This document shows, piece after piece, positions 10,788 through 19,942 of a stretch of 64,000 nucleotides of DNA. A program made the position numbers and the translations under genes. Origin of the DNA: a virus. Taxonomy: Duplodnaviria; Caudoviricetes. Position 1 is the first letter of the stretch; each line of letters starts with the position of its first letter. The stretch lies in the IMG/VR virus record IMGVR_UViG_3300029305_003084; one strand, given 5' to 3'. The notes below the pieces were generated by a model, which searched no databases, was not told the DNA's origin, and saw only the letters and a program-made list of their open reading frames with translations.

Positions 10788-11867
10788 ATGTTAAATCCTT
10801 ATTTTAATTTATTCAAAGTAAAATATGAAATACTCACAAATCTTCTCAGAGAATCAAAAGATATTAAAGTTAGTTTAAAAGACAATATTAATGTATTTAT
10901 TGATCTGGAACCAATTTTAATAAAGTTAGCAAATACATATATCAATGACTATATTAAAAGTGGAGATAAGTCAATTGTATATGAATTTATTTCCAATATA
11001 GTAAATTTAGCTGCTCATTATCGATGGTTTTTTACAAAGCATAAATTAACCTCAAGAATTTATCTTTGTATGCCGTCAATAACTACAAAAGAATTTAAAA
11101 ATACCGCATATCACTCTGATTATAGAAAGTATTTTACTTTTAAATTCTTAAGTGATGTAAATAATGAACCGTTGACAGGATTGATCTGTAATTCAATAGA
11201 TTATATTAAATTAATTGTGGAATATATTCAAGGGGTATACTTTATTGAAAGTGGACCGATTGAAAATTCTGTAATTCCTTATGTCATTAATAAATATAAT
11301 GATGACAATAGTATTAACTTCTTAGTTACAAACTCTTCCTATAATTTCCAATATGTGAATCATAACTGCAATATTATCGTTCCAAGAAAAGATGATTCTG
11401 TTTTATTAACAAAACGGAATATTATTGAATTTATTGCTGATATTCATGATTGTAATGGAAATTATACAATTAATTCTAATATGGTTCCATTTATATTATC
11501 TATTACTGGAAATAAATATAGAAATATTTATAACATAAAACGAATGCAAATGAAATCAACATTTAAGTTGATCCAAAAAGCACTAAATGCTAATTTAATC
11601 AGTAATAATATTACAAATATTTATATGTTATCTCAGACGATGATACCATCAGTAAGAGATCAGTTGATATTAAATTATAATTTAACTGATATTGAAAGTC
11701 AATATAATCGGTTAAATAAGAAAGATTTATTTTCAATTTATGATCAATTGAAGGATAAATTAGATAATGTATCGTTGAAGAAAATAAATGATAAATTATT
11801 TATAAAAGATCCTTTAATGTTAGTTGAAATTACAACGATTCCATATAAAGGAAATGTGAAATTTTAA
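10788..11867 (+). CDS. 5'-3' exonuclease/flap-endonuclease-like protein, possibly degenerate
   Basis: VFIDL start, YHSDYRK, SITGNKYRNIYNIK...KSTFK resembling the H3TH motif. Confidence 0.45.
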   Translation: MLNPYFNLFKVKYEILTNLLRESKDIKVSLKDNINVFIDLEPILIKLANTYINDYIKSGDKSIVYEFISNIVNLAAHYRWFFTKHKLTSRIYLCMPSITTKEFKNTAYHSDYRKYFTFKFLSDVNNEPLTGLICNSIDYIKLIVEYIQGVYFIESGPIENSVIPYVINKYNDDNSINFLVTNSSYNFQYVNHNCNIIVPRKDDSVLLTKRNIIEFIADIHDCNGNYTINSNMVPFILSITGNKYRNIYNIKRMQMKSTFKLIQKALNANLISNNITNIYMLSQTMIPSVRDQLILNYNLTDIESQYNRLNKKDLFSIYDQLKDKLDNVSLKKINDKLFIKDPLMLVEITTIPYKGNVKF

Positions 11868-11941
11868 ATATTTATTATGTATAGACATATAATTTTGTCT
11901 ATACATAATAAATATAATTATTTGAGAGGGGAAATAAAATC

Positions 11942-12361
11942 ATGGAGAATGAAAATAGAGATTATTATGAATATGATGAAAACGGAAATGTTACATATTC
12001 AAAAATACATGAGGTAATAGAATCATGGGGTGAGTATGATAAATTTGGCAATTTAATTCATTATAAAAGTTCTACTGGAACAGAATATTTTATTGATCGA
12101 GATGAAGTTGGTAATATGATCTGCTTTAGATCTATTGATCAAAATTTAGTATTACCTATAACAAATACTGTTCATATTGATCCAGATATTTATACACCTG
12201 ATGATAATCCTGATTCGAAAGAAAAAGAAGCATCATTATTCAAACGTATAAAAGATAAAATTGTTGATACATATGAGGTAGATAAAGTATTCATTTCTAT
12301 ACTATTATCTGTCAGTGGTATTATATTATTTACTGTTACATATTTTTCTATATTAATGTAA
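11942..12361 (+). CDS. short YD-repeat-like protein with C-terminal TM helix
   Basis: YEYDENGNVTY, EYDKFGNLIH; hydrophobic C-terminus. Confidence 0.65.
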   Translation: MENENRDYYEYDENGNVTYSKIHEVIESWGEYDKFGNLIHYKSSTGTEYFIDRDEVGNMICFRSIDQNLVLPITNTVHIDPDIYTPDDNPDSKEKEASLFKRIKDKIVDTYEVDKVFISILLSVSGIILFTVTYFSILM

Positions 12362-12377
12362 TGCGGAGGTATTATAT

Positions 12378-12785
12378 ATGAGTAATTTTAAAGCTTTTGA
12401 AATTCGAATGGAAGATAGTTATGAAGATCGTATATTTCGTCTTATGGCAGATTTTAGAGTATTTGGTGTAGATTTTTCTGATAGTACACAAGAAATGATT
12501 AATGATCGCATATTTTATTATTCTGTACCTGAAAAAACTATGACATCTATATTTAGTATGGATGGTGAAGAATATAAAAAGTTTGTAAAGAATAAATTAA
12601 TTGATTTAATTGTCAGTGGTGTTGATAGTACTGATGAAAAATTTTTAAAAGAATGCAAAGAACATCTTTTGCAAACAGTTAAATGTTTCTCTAAGATTCG
12701 ACATGGTGATTATTGGACTGATAGTAAAGTATTTGCTATGTTGGATGAAATGAAAAATGAAGTATCTGAATATGGAGAGATTTAA
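12378..12785 (+). CDS. hypothetical protein, paralog of 13366
   Basis: Shares GVxF, YYSVP, VKN and K[IV]RHxDxW with 13366. Confidence 0.7.
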   Translation: MSNFKAFEIRMEDSYEDRIFRLMADFRVFGVDFSDSTQEMINDRIFYYSVPEKTMTSIFSMDGEEYKKFVKNKLIDLIVSGVDSTDEKFLKECKEHLLQTVKCFSKIRHGDYWTDSKVFAMLDEMKNEVSEYGEI

Positions 12786-12788
12786 ATT

Positions 12789-13313
12789 ATGAAAAAAGAT
12801 TATAATACAGTAGAATATTTTGTAGAGTATAAATATAAGTTTATTGCACACAATTGTGATAATAATTACCTATATACTATTTATAAAAAACTTCCTACTA
12901 ATTCAGAAGGAAAAATTATATATGAGCATAATAATTTTGATGATGAGAAAAGAGTATTAAGTGCTGAATATGTTGAAGCATTAAGTGCACAAACTACGTC
13001 ATATAGTCCATTATATAAATATGATGATAAAGGACGGGTATGTTATAAAGAAACGAATAATGGTAATTATAAAACATGGATTGAATATGATAACGATAAC
13101 AGAGTTGTCCATGAAAGAATAGATAATGGTTTATTGGGCAATGGTTACAGTTATTATGAATATGATGATTATGGTAATTTAACTCATTATTATAATTCTG
13201 AAACTAAGTGTACTGAATATTGGCAAAAATTTGATAAAGATGGGAATCGAATTTATTTTAGAGATAATAATGGTAACGAGAGAATTGGTCCTGATATTAT
13301 TGGCTATGTATAA
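12789..13313 (+). CDS. short YD-repeat-like protein (MKKDYN family)
   Basis: MKKDYNTVE start; YDDKGRV and YEYDDYGNLTH repeats. Confidence 0.7.
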   Translation: MKKDYNTVEYFVEYKYKFIAHNCDNNYLYTIYKKLPTNSEGKIIYEHNNFDDEKRVLSAEYVEALSAQTTSYSPLYKYDDKGRVCYKETNNGNYKTWIEYDNDNRVVHERIDNGLLGNGYSYYEYDDYGNLTHYYNSETKCTEYWQKFDKDGNRIYFRDNNGNERIGPDIIGYV

Positions 13314-13365
13314 TAGTTTAATTGGAAAATTCAATTATGTATTATAATAATATAAATGGAGGGAT

Positions 13366-13836
13366 ATGCTTATGGAAAAACTTTTAAATTATGAAGAAAC
13401 AAAAAGTTATTTAGACAGAATTGTTAAAATTGATATGAATAAAGAGTTTAACAAGCGATTTAAACATGTAACATATAGTCTTACTATGATTGGTGTAGAA
13501 TTTGATCCTATATTAAATAATGATCATAGTGATGATAAACTATATTATTCTGTCCCAAAAAAACTTATATTTGAAGATAATGATATTACTGCATGTATTG
13601 ATAGTAATGAATTTATTAAATATGTAAAAAATATACTGCTGGATGTATTAGGTACTTCAGCTGATGATCCAATTGATTCTGAAGAGTTTAAAAGTTGTAG
13701 AGAATGGATGTTGGATGAAATCACCTTCTATGCTAAGGTTAGACATGATGATATTTGGGATATCGAAAAAATTATGAATAAATTAGATAATATTCAGAAA
13801 GAAATTGATAAATTGAGTGAATATATTGAAGCATAA
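13366..13836 (+). CDS. hypothetical protein, paralog of 12378
   Basis: GGAGG SD, early motif upstream, shared motifs. Confidence 0.7.
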   Translation: MLMEKLLNYEETKSYLDRIVKIDMNKEFNKRFKHVTYSLTMIGVEFDPILNNDHSDDKLYYSVPKKLIFEDNDITACIDSNEFIKYVKNILLDVLGTSADDPIDSEEFKSCREWMLDEITFYAKVRHDDIWDIEKIMNKLDNIQKEIDKLSEYIEA

Positions 13837-13883
13837 TTATTTTTAATTATATATTATGATAATATAAAGGGGAAGAATATAAT

Positions 13884-14228
13884 ATGGATGAGATTATTAG
13901 TGCTGCAATTAATATGATCAATAGTGAATTAATTAAAGCAAAAAGTTCTAATTATGTTTTCAATAATAATCATTCACGTTTTGTTTTAGATGAAACTGAT
14001 AAATATAAAATACAGGCTGCTAATATTGGGGATATTGTTAAAGTGATAGATAGTGATCGATGGTATTGTCTAATTGATCCAGGTAGTATTGATAATGAAT
14101 CTGGGTGGGTATTGATACGTGATCCTGATATTCCAGAAAATGTTAAAGACTATATCAAATTTTTAGAATATTTAAAAACCAATATTAATCAAATATATCG
14201 ATTATATGAATATACGAAAGGAAAATAA
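13884..14228 (+). CDS. hypothetical protein
   Basis: 114-aa ORF with SD and early motif. Confidence 0.65.
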   Translation: MDEIISAAINMINSELIKAKSSNYVFNNNHSRFVLDETDKYKIQAANIGDIVKVIDSDRWYCLIDPGSIDNESGWVLIRDPDIPENVKDYIKFLEYLKTNINQIYRLYEYTKGK

Positions 14229-14233
14229 TAGTT

Positions 14234-14485
14234 ATGAAAATGGTTATGGATGTAAAAATTATACTTGTTCATGAACAGTGTCCAGAATGTAAAACAGGTA
14301 CTATGATATGTGATTTTAAGGCACCTGTATTACTTAGCAATCCACCACATTATCATCATATTTGTAGTCTCTGTGGACACACTGGCTATTATATGGAAAC
14401 ATTTCCTTGTCAAAGAGTAGTTCCTGTTGGATCTTTAAGAAAAATGACTGAAGCAGAAAGGGATGAATTAGGTTATGAATTATAA
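14234..14485 (+). CDS. small Zn-ribbon protein
   Basis: CPEC...HICSLCGH. Confidence 0.65.
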   Translation: MKMVMDVKIILVHEQCPECKTGTMICDFKAPVLLSNPPHYHHICSLCGHTGYYMETFPCQRVVPVGSLRKMTEAERDELGYEL

Positions 14486-15020
14486 TGCAGTAGTTTGTGT
14501 AGTAAAAATCAGAGATAATCATTGTGGTACGTATTATTCTGAATTAAATTGTAATATGGATATAATTCATGAACAGTATGATGATAATAGTGAAATTTAT
14601 TTTGAATATGATAATAAAGGTCGATTGGTTCATGAACTTGGCATTGTTCCTTATGATTCTGATATGAATCATGAAATATGGTATGAATATGATGAGAATG
14701 GCCATTTGATTTATAAATGTTGGGATGATGAGTATGAAGAGTGGCGTACCTATAATAATGGTAGACTGATATCTACAAAAAGTAAATATAAAGATGATAG
14801 CATTGGGGATGTGGTCATTTATTTTAGTAATGTCAATGGTTATATGATGGTAGATGATAATTTAAATATTACAGTTCGTGAGTATAATGCCAATGGTCGT
14901 ATGACTAGATATAAATTTAACAACTTTGAAGAATTTTATAAATATAATGAATCTGGTGAAAAAATATATTATAAAAGAGTATATAAAGATGGTAAAGTGA
15001 TTGAAAGGGAATATGACTGA
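14475..15020 (+). CDS. short YD-repeat-like protein
   Basis: ELNCNM motif; EYDNKGRLVH, YEYDENGHLIY, EYNANGRMTR. Confidence 0.7.
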   Translation: MNYNAVVCVVKIRDNHCGTYYSELNCNMDIIHEQYDDNSEIYFEYDNKGRLVHELGIVPYDSDMNHEIWYEYDENGHLIYKCWDDEYEEWRTYNNGRLISTKSKYKDDSIGDVVIYFSNVNGYMMVDDNLNITVREYNANGRMTRYKFNNFEEFYKYNESGEKIYYKRVYKDGKVIEREYD

Positions 15021-15029
15021 GGTATTAAA

Positions 15030-15446
15030 ATGAACAATAACGAAATTATTATTAATCGTATTACAGTATATGATGCACATAATAAACTTGTAGATAGTAT
15101 TACTATTTGTCCGAATCAGGATATTCCTAAATTAGTACTATTTAATTTAGGGGTAATTCCAGGTAAGCAGCCTAAGAATGTACTTTCCTATATTATAAGA
15201 CGTATGTATATGAGTTGTTTACGTAATTTAAATGATGGTATATATATTCTTAGATTAGAAACTGCTCATCGGATTGAAGATGAACGTGGCATTAGAACCA
15301 AAATTACTAGAAATTCTATTATCCCATATCGTATAAGAAAAGTAGGATATCGATTCGATTTATTAAATATAATACATAATACTGTTTATCATAGTTATAC
15401 TGTGAAGGAAAATATTAGCTTTGAACTTTCTAATAGTGAGGGGTAA
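15030..15446 (+). CDS. hypothetical basic protein
   Basis: GAGG SD; weak similarity to 15858 (DGIYIL vs DGIFTI). Confidence 0.6.
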   Translation: MNNNEIIINRITVYDAHNKLVDSITICPNQDIPKLVLFNLGVIPGKQPKNVLSYIIRRMYMSCLRNLNDGIYILRLETAHRIEDERGIRTKITRNSIIPYRIRKVGYRFDLLNIIHNTVYHSYTVKENISFELSNSEG

Positions 15447-15452
15447 ATAGTA

Positions 15453-15848
15453 ATGATGGATAAATATGCTGTGACTATACGATGCAATGGTCATCGTATA
15501 TGTGATATAGTTATTGATAATTTAGAAATGTATGATAAGATTTTAGAAATACTTGGATGTACAGAAAACACTACATTGTCACGATATGAAATTTTACATA
15601 ATATTTTATATCATATAAATCCTTATGTGGTTGATTTTATAATTGGTGATTTCGAAATTAGGGTTCAACTTCTTAAATATAATGAAACACGTAGAGTATT
15701 TGAAGTAATAAGAGCAGACCAATCCAAGTATTATGTATACAGAAGACTTGATTATATTAGTATTGGCAAATATACTGATTATCCATCTGGATCTAAAGAT
15801 GAATCTTATAAATTAGAAGAGTTTAATTTTAATAAATTATTTAAATGA
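15453..15848 (+). CDS. hypothetical protein
   Basis: SD; weak similarity to 15858. Confidence 0.6.
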   Translation: MMDKYAVTIRCNGHRICDIVIDNLEMYDKILEILGCTENTTLSRYEILHNILYHINPYVVDFIIGDFEIRVQLLKYNETRRVFEVIRADQSKYYVYRRLDYISIGKYTDYPSGSKDESYKLEEFNFNKLFK

Positions 15849-15857
15849 GGTAATTTT

Positions 15858-16196
15858 ATGAGTAGTAAATATTTAAGAATTTATTGTAATGATGAAAAGA
15901 TTAGAAGTACTGGTGTAAATAAAGATCAGTGTGAAAGAATCATGGATGATTTAATCTTTGGTGGTGACAGATTATATATTAAAGATATTTTAAAAAATGT
16001 AATGCCTCATGTATTTTTCCACATTCGTAATGAGCCTGATGGTATTTTTACCATTAAAGCTCAGTTAGTTAGAAATAGAAAGAATGGTAAAAAAGAATAT
16101 GATACTTTAGAAGCACGATATTATATCATTAAAAAAGGTGTTACGTATGGGATAATGCATAAAGATGCTATGTATTATCCATTTGATATTTTATAA
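15858..16196 (+). CDS. hypothetical protein
   Basis: GAGG SD; in operon. Confidence 0.6.
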   Translation: MSSKYLRIYCNDEKIRSTGVNKDQCERIMDDLIFGGDRLYIKDILKNVMPHVFFHIRNEPDGIFTIKAQLVRNRKNGKKEYDTLEARYYIIKKGVTYGIMHKDAMYYPFDIL

Positions 16197-16212
16197 AAAG
16201 GAAAGATTAATT

Positions 16213-16779
16213 ATGAAAAAAGATTATAATAAGGTAGAAGCTATTCAGGTTTTTAAAGATGATTATAAAGGTCTGTATGATGATCATTATATAACATTGA
16301 ATTGTGATATGAATCCAATTCATATTCATATAGGTAAGACCAATCATTATTATAAATATGATAATAGAGGTAATCCGACATTTGTTAAGTATGGATCAGG
16401 TATAATAGAACTTAGAGCTTTTGATAAATATAACAATATGGTACATAAAATCTCATGTGTAAAAACAACACCTAAATATGTACATTATACCAACACATAT
16501 GATGATTATGGTCGGCTTATTTATCATGGTAGTCCTACATTTGAAGAATGGTATGAGTATAATGATAATGGTGATGTTATTTATTACAAATCAGTAATGT
16601 CTGGTTCAGTATTTGAAAGGTATATGGAATATGATTATGAAAATGATATTTTAACTGAATATTGTTACCGTGGTGAATATACTGGTGATAATAATTTAGT
16701 CGAACATTCAGCAAAAACTAAACCATATAAATATCGATTAACCAAATACCAATATGGTATTTATGAGTATGCTAATTAA
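16213..16779 (+). CDS. short YD-repeat-like protein (MKKDYN family)
   Basis: MKKDYNKVEA start, LNCDM, YDxxG repeats, KYQYGIYE end. Confidence 0.7.
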   Translation: MKKDYNKVEAIQVFKDDYKGLYDDHYITLNCDMNPIHIHIGKTNHYYKYDNRGNPTFVKYGSGIIELRAFDKYNNMVHKISCVKTTPKYVHYTNTYDDYGRLIYHGSPTFEEWYEYNDNGDVIYYKSVMSGSVFERYMEYDYENDILTEYCYRGEYTGDNNLVEHSAKTKPYKYRLTKYQYGIYEYAN

Positions 16780-16792
16780 AGGGAGAATAAAT

Positions 16793-17047
16793 ATGAAACG
16801 AGATTACAATAGAGTGGAAGCTATTGTATTAACTGAACATTATGGTTGGCATGAAGTGAATTGTGAAATGCATCCTATTCGTATTCATTTTGATGATATT
16901 TGTACATATTTTAAGTATGATGATAAAGGTAGAGTCATTTACGAAGAATGTAATGATGTTATAAGAACTTGGAAATATGATGATGAAAATAATAAAGTTC
17001 ATAGTAAAAGTACTGATGATGATTATGAATATTGGGAATTATTATGA
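16793..17047 (+). CDS. truncated YD-repeat-like protein (MKRDYN family)
   Basis: MKRDYNRVEA, EVNCEM; stop overlaps next ATG. Confidence 0.6.
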   Translation: MKRDYNRVEAIVLTEHYGWHEVNCEMHPIRIHFDDICTYFKYDDKGRVIYEECNDVIRTWKYDDENNKVHSKSTDDDYEYWELL

Positions 17048-17586
17048 AAAGAGATTACAATCGAGTAGAAGCAGTTGTCATGTATCATGAATATGATACT
17101 GTTAAATTTAAAGAAGTAAATTGTAATATGGATGATTTACGATATACTCAACTTAATGGTGTCGAAGTACGAATCATTTATGATGAGTTTGGTAATAGAA
17201 TCTCTAGAATTGTAGGCAATGGTATTAGATTTGATATGGAATATGATGATCATAATACTATTACTAAACTTAGTATGTTTGAAGATCATAAATGTACCAC
17301 AACTATTAACTATTTAAATACATATGAAAACGATAACCTTATTGCACAAGTTAGTAGTAACATGGAGAAGGAATATTTCCAATATAATCAATATGGTGAT
17401 TGTGTGTTTTGTATGTTTGCATTCAATGATAATTGTGATATTATCACGTTTTATGAATATGATTATGTGAATAATATTATAGTTGTTAAAAATATATACA
17501 ATGATACAGAAAAAGTTCATACACGAATTAGGTATTTAAATTTGTTTAAATATCGGTATGGTATTTGTGAAGTCATTGAAAACTAA
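17044..17586 (+). CDS. short YD-repeat-like protein (MKRDYN family)
   Basis: MKRDYNRVEA, EVNCNM, KYRYGICE end. Confidence 0.7.
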   Translation: MKRDYNRVEAVVMYHEYDTVKFKEVNCNMDDLRYTQLNGVEVRIIYDEFGNRISRIVGNGIRFDMEYDDHNTITKLSMFEDHKCTTTINYLNTYENDNLIAQVSSNMEKEYFQYNQYGDCVFCMFAFNDNCDIITFYEYDYVNNIIVVKNIYNDTEKVHTRIRYLNLFKYRYGICEVIEN

Positions 17587-17590
17587 ATAT

Positions 17591-17631
17591 AAATAAAAGG
17601 GATATAGATAAATTCTATATCCCTTTTATTT
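17591..17631. terminator. bidirectional terminator at the left border of the fibre array
   Basis: AAATAAAAGGGATATAGA...TCTATATCCCTTTTATTT. Confidence 0.7.
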
Positions 17632-17640
17632 TTTTTGTAT

Positions 17641-18213
17641 TTATGTAGATAGAATTATATAAACAAATTCAAATTCGGAAGATGTTCCCATTCCATCATA
17701 ACTTCCGCTAATTGTTACTGAGTTATTACTCCATGATATGCTAGATCGATCATACCTCCAGGTACCACCTCTTACGCCAACTATAGTATATTGGAATGAG
17801 TCATGATATCCTTCTGGATCTGCACTAACAGTTTCTTGATTCATAGCGTTTCTTTCTGCATTAGAAATAATGATTGCCACTGGATATCCATCACATGATA
17901 ATGTTTTTGATTTACCATTATAATCGTATGTAAAACCACTATATTGACCATATGTAATTTTTAAAGAACTGGAGCTTGATAGTGCTGTAGAAATAGCAGA
18001 ATCGATTCCTAAATTAGTTCTAGCTTGTGTTGCTGTAGTTGCACCAGTACCACCATTTGCAATAGAAATTGGTAATGATGGGATTGAATTTAATTTGGTT
18101 TGTAATTCATTAATATCAGATACATTATGTGTATGTGATTTTACATTAGAGTTTTTAATTTCATCTAGTTTTGTTTCTACGATGCTAGATGAAAAATTAT
18201 CCATAATTCCCAT
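17641..18213 (-). CDS. tail-fibre-like cassette protein
   Basis: MGIMDNFSS start after SD; HTHNVSDINEL repeat; ISIANGGTGATTATQARTNLG fibre motif. Confidence 0.75.
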   Translation of the reverse strand: MGIMDNFSSSIVETKLDEIKNSNVKSHTHNVSDINELQTKLNSIPSLPISIANGGTGATTATQARTNLGIDSAISTALSSSSSLKITYGQYSGFTYDYNGKSKTLSCDGYPVAIIISNAERNAMNQETVSADPEGYHDSFQYTIVGVRGGTWRYDRSSISWSNNSVTISGSYDGMGTSSEFEFVYIILST

Positions 18214-18227
18214 TTTATACACATCCC

Positions 18228-18262
18228 CTTATAAACAAATTTATAATAAATTTGTTTATAAG
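18228..18262. repeat. palindrome A copy 1 (17-bp arms)
   Basis: CTTATAAACAAATTTAT-A-ATAAATTTGTTTATAAG abutting the SD of gene 18213. Confidence 0.95.
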
Positions 18263-18276
18263 CATGAATATAATTT

Positions 18277-18313
18277 AGAGATATATAGATTATTTAATAA
18301 TCTATATATCTCT
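18277..18313. terminator. long hairpin identical to 27810-27846
   Basis: AGAGATATATAGATTATTTAATAATCTATATATCTCT. Confidence 0.75.
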
Positions 18314-18319
18314 AAAAAT

Positions 18320-19021
18320 TTATTTTTTACCATATAAATAATAATTACATCTTACAAAATATGTATATGATGATGTAGATTTTGCACAACTTATCATTAT
18401 AGTATCTTTCCAGTTACATGTACAATTTACTAATTTACTACTTATCTTATAATTATCATTGTCAGTTTTACTCATTATTATACATTCACCGTTGAGTAAA
18501 TTAAAATCTGTATCTTTTTTAAATATAAAATCAATAACATGTGGTGCACTTGATTTAGTTGTTGCAATGAAAAATCCTTTATTATCAGTTTTGGTCGATA
18601 TAGTGGTAGAAACTTCATGATATGAATGATGGCTTAAACTAGCTGGGGTGCTTGTACTTGCATTAACAAATTCTATTACAGTATACTGTATATCACTATT
18701 TGATATAGCCCTAATATCTAATCTAAGTTTATATTCACTATAGTCTGAAGGGATTGTAATTTTAGGATAAGAATAATTATCACCCATACCACTTTTCAAT
18801 AATTCCCAATCATTAGATGGAATGGCTGAAGAGACTACATTAGAAATAGTTGTAGATAAATCTGAAATTTCTGAAGATGTATGACTATGTGTTTTTACAT
18901 CAGCATTTTTAATAGTATTTAATTCATTTTGTAAACCGTTAATATCATCAACATTATGACTATGATTTGTGGGCGGATATTTTAATCCTCCAATAGAAGG
19001 AATATTGTTAGTAATTGGCAT
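18320..19021 (-). CDS. tail-fibre-like cassette protein
   Basis: MPITNNIPS start; HSHNVDDINGL and KNADVKTHSH repeats; ends YLYGKK. Confidence 0.75.
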   Translation of the reverse strand: MPITNNIPSIGGLKYPPTNHSHNVDDINGLQNELNTIKNADVKTHSHTSSEISDLSTTISNVVSSAIPSNDWELLKSGMGDNYSYPKITIPSDYSEYKLRLDIRAISNSDIQYTVIEFVNASTSTPASLSHHSYHEVSTTISTKTDNKGFFIATTKSSAPHVIDFIFKKDTDFNLLNGECIIMSKTDNDNYKISSKLVNCTCNWKDTIMISCAKSTSSYTYFVRCNYYLYGKK

Positions 19022-19036
19022 ATATGTACTATCCTC

Positions 19037-19071
19037 CTTATAAACAAATTTATAATAAATTTGTTTATAAG
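19037..19071. repeat. palindrome A copy 2
   Basis: Identical to copy 1; followed by hairpin 19084-19118. Confidence 0.95.
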
Positions 19072-19127
19072 TATTAAAAAGTATTAGAAGATATAGGCAA
19101 TTTACCTATATCTTCTAAATATATTAA

Positions 19128-19787
19128 TTACTTATAACCATATACAACGGCATGTGTATATTTATTTATTGTATTTCCTCCCGTGGGGTTAATAGTAATC
19201 GTATTGAATTTGGTTGTACTTGTCATATATCCAGTAGAAAAACAGATGCCTACTGAACATTCCATTCTAGACCAATGTTCACAACTTTTATCTGATCCAT
19301 TTTGTCTAGGTACTAATGTTGATTCAATATAACAATCACTAAAGTTTGTTCCGAGATCAAAAGTAGGACCTGATGCATGAACACTATCTGAACTATATGT
19401 CATATTTTTAAATTTTAATTTATATCTATTATGTGTCGGTCCTGTAGAATCACTTTTAACAGTATCAAATCCAATACCTACACCAGTCATAGAACTACTA
19501 GTAGAAATATATGTAAATATTTTTATTTGTTTATAGTCAAATATATTAATAGTGCCTGTATTAATAGTCAACTTAGTTGATGTTGCATTAGTCGCCTGAA
19601 CCTCACCCAACTTTACAATAGGACTACTCATAGTTGATAATGTATCAGATAAACCAGTAATATCTGATGTATTATGTGTATGTGTTTTTACATCTGCATT
19701 TTTAATAGTATTTAATTCATTTTCTAACCCGTTAATATCGTCTATATCATGAATATGACCAGATGGTATATTATTTGTAATTGCCAT
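19128..19787 (-). CDS. tail-fibre-like cassette protein
   Basis: MAITNNIPS start; HIHDIDDINGL and KNADVKTHTH repeats; ends VVYGYK. Confidence 0.75.
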   Translation of the reverse strand: MAITNNIPSGHIHDIDDINGLENELNTIKNADVKTHTHNTSDITGLSDTLSTMSSPIVKLGEVQATNATSTKLTINTGTINIFDYKQIKIFTYISTSSSMTGVGIGFDTVKSDSTGPTHNRYKLKFKNMTYSSDSVHASGPTFDLGTNFSDCYIESTLVPRQNGSDKSCEHWSRMECSVGICFSTGYMTSTTKFNTITINPTGGNTINKYTHAVVYGYK

Positions 19788-19826
19788 ATTATACCTCCTA
19801 TGTATATATTGTTATCGTTATTAATG

Positions 19827-19882
19827 CTAATTATATGAATTATATTAATGAAACATTTCATTAATATAATTCATATAATTAG
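19827..19882. repeat. palindrome B copy 1 (27-bp arms, CA centre)
   Basis: CTAATTATATGAATTATATTAATGAAA-CA-TTTCATTAATATAATTCATATAATTAG between divergent genes. Confidence 0.97.
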
Positions 19883-19942
19883 GTTATAAAAGAAAAACAT
19901 ATATGTTTATAAATATAGATTTATATAGGAGGTTAAAATATC

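Noticed and set aside
19827-19882. Palindrome B as a protelomerase target (N15 telRL is also 56 bp)
   Set aside because: Centre is asymmetric, there are four internal copies and no protelomerase is visible; length match is probably coincidence
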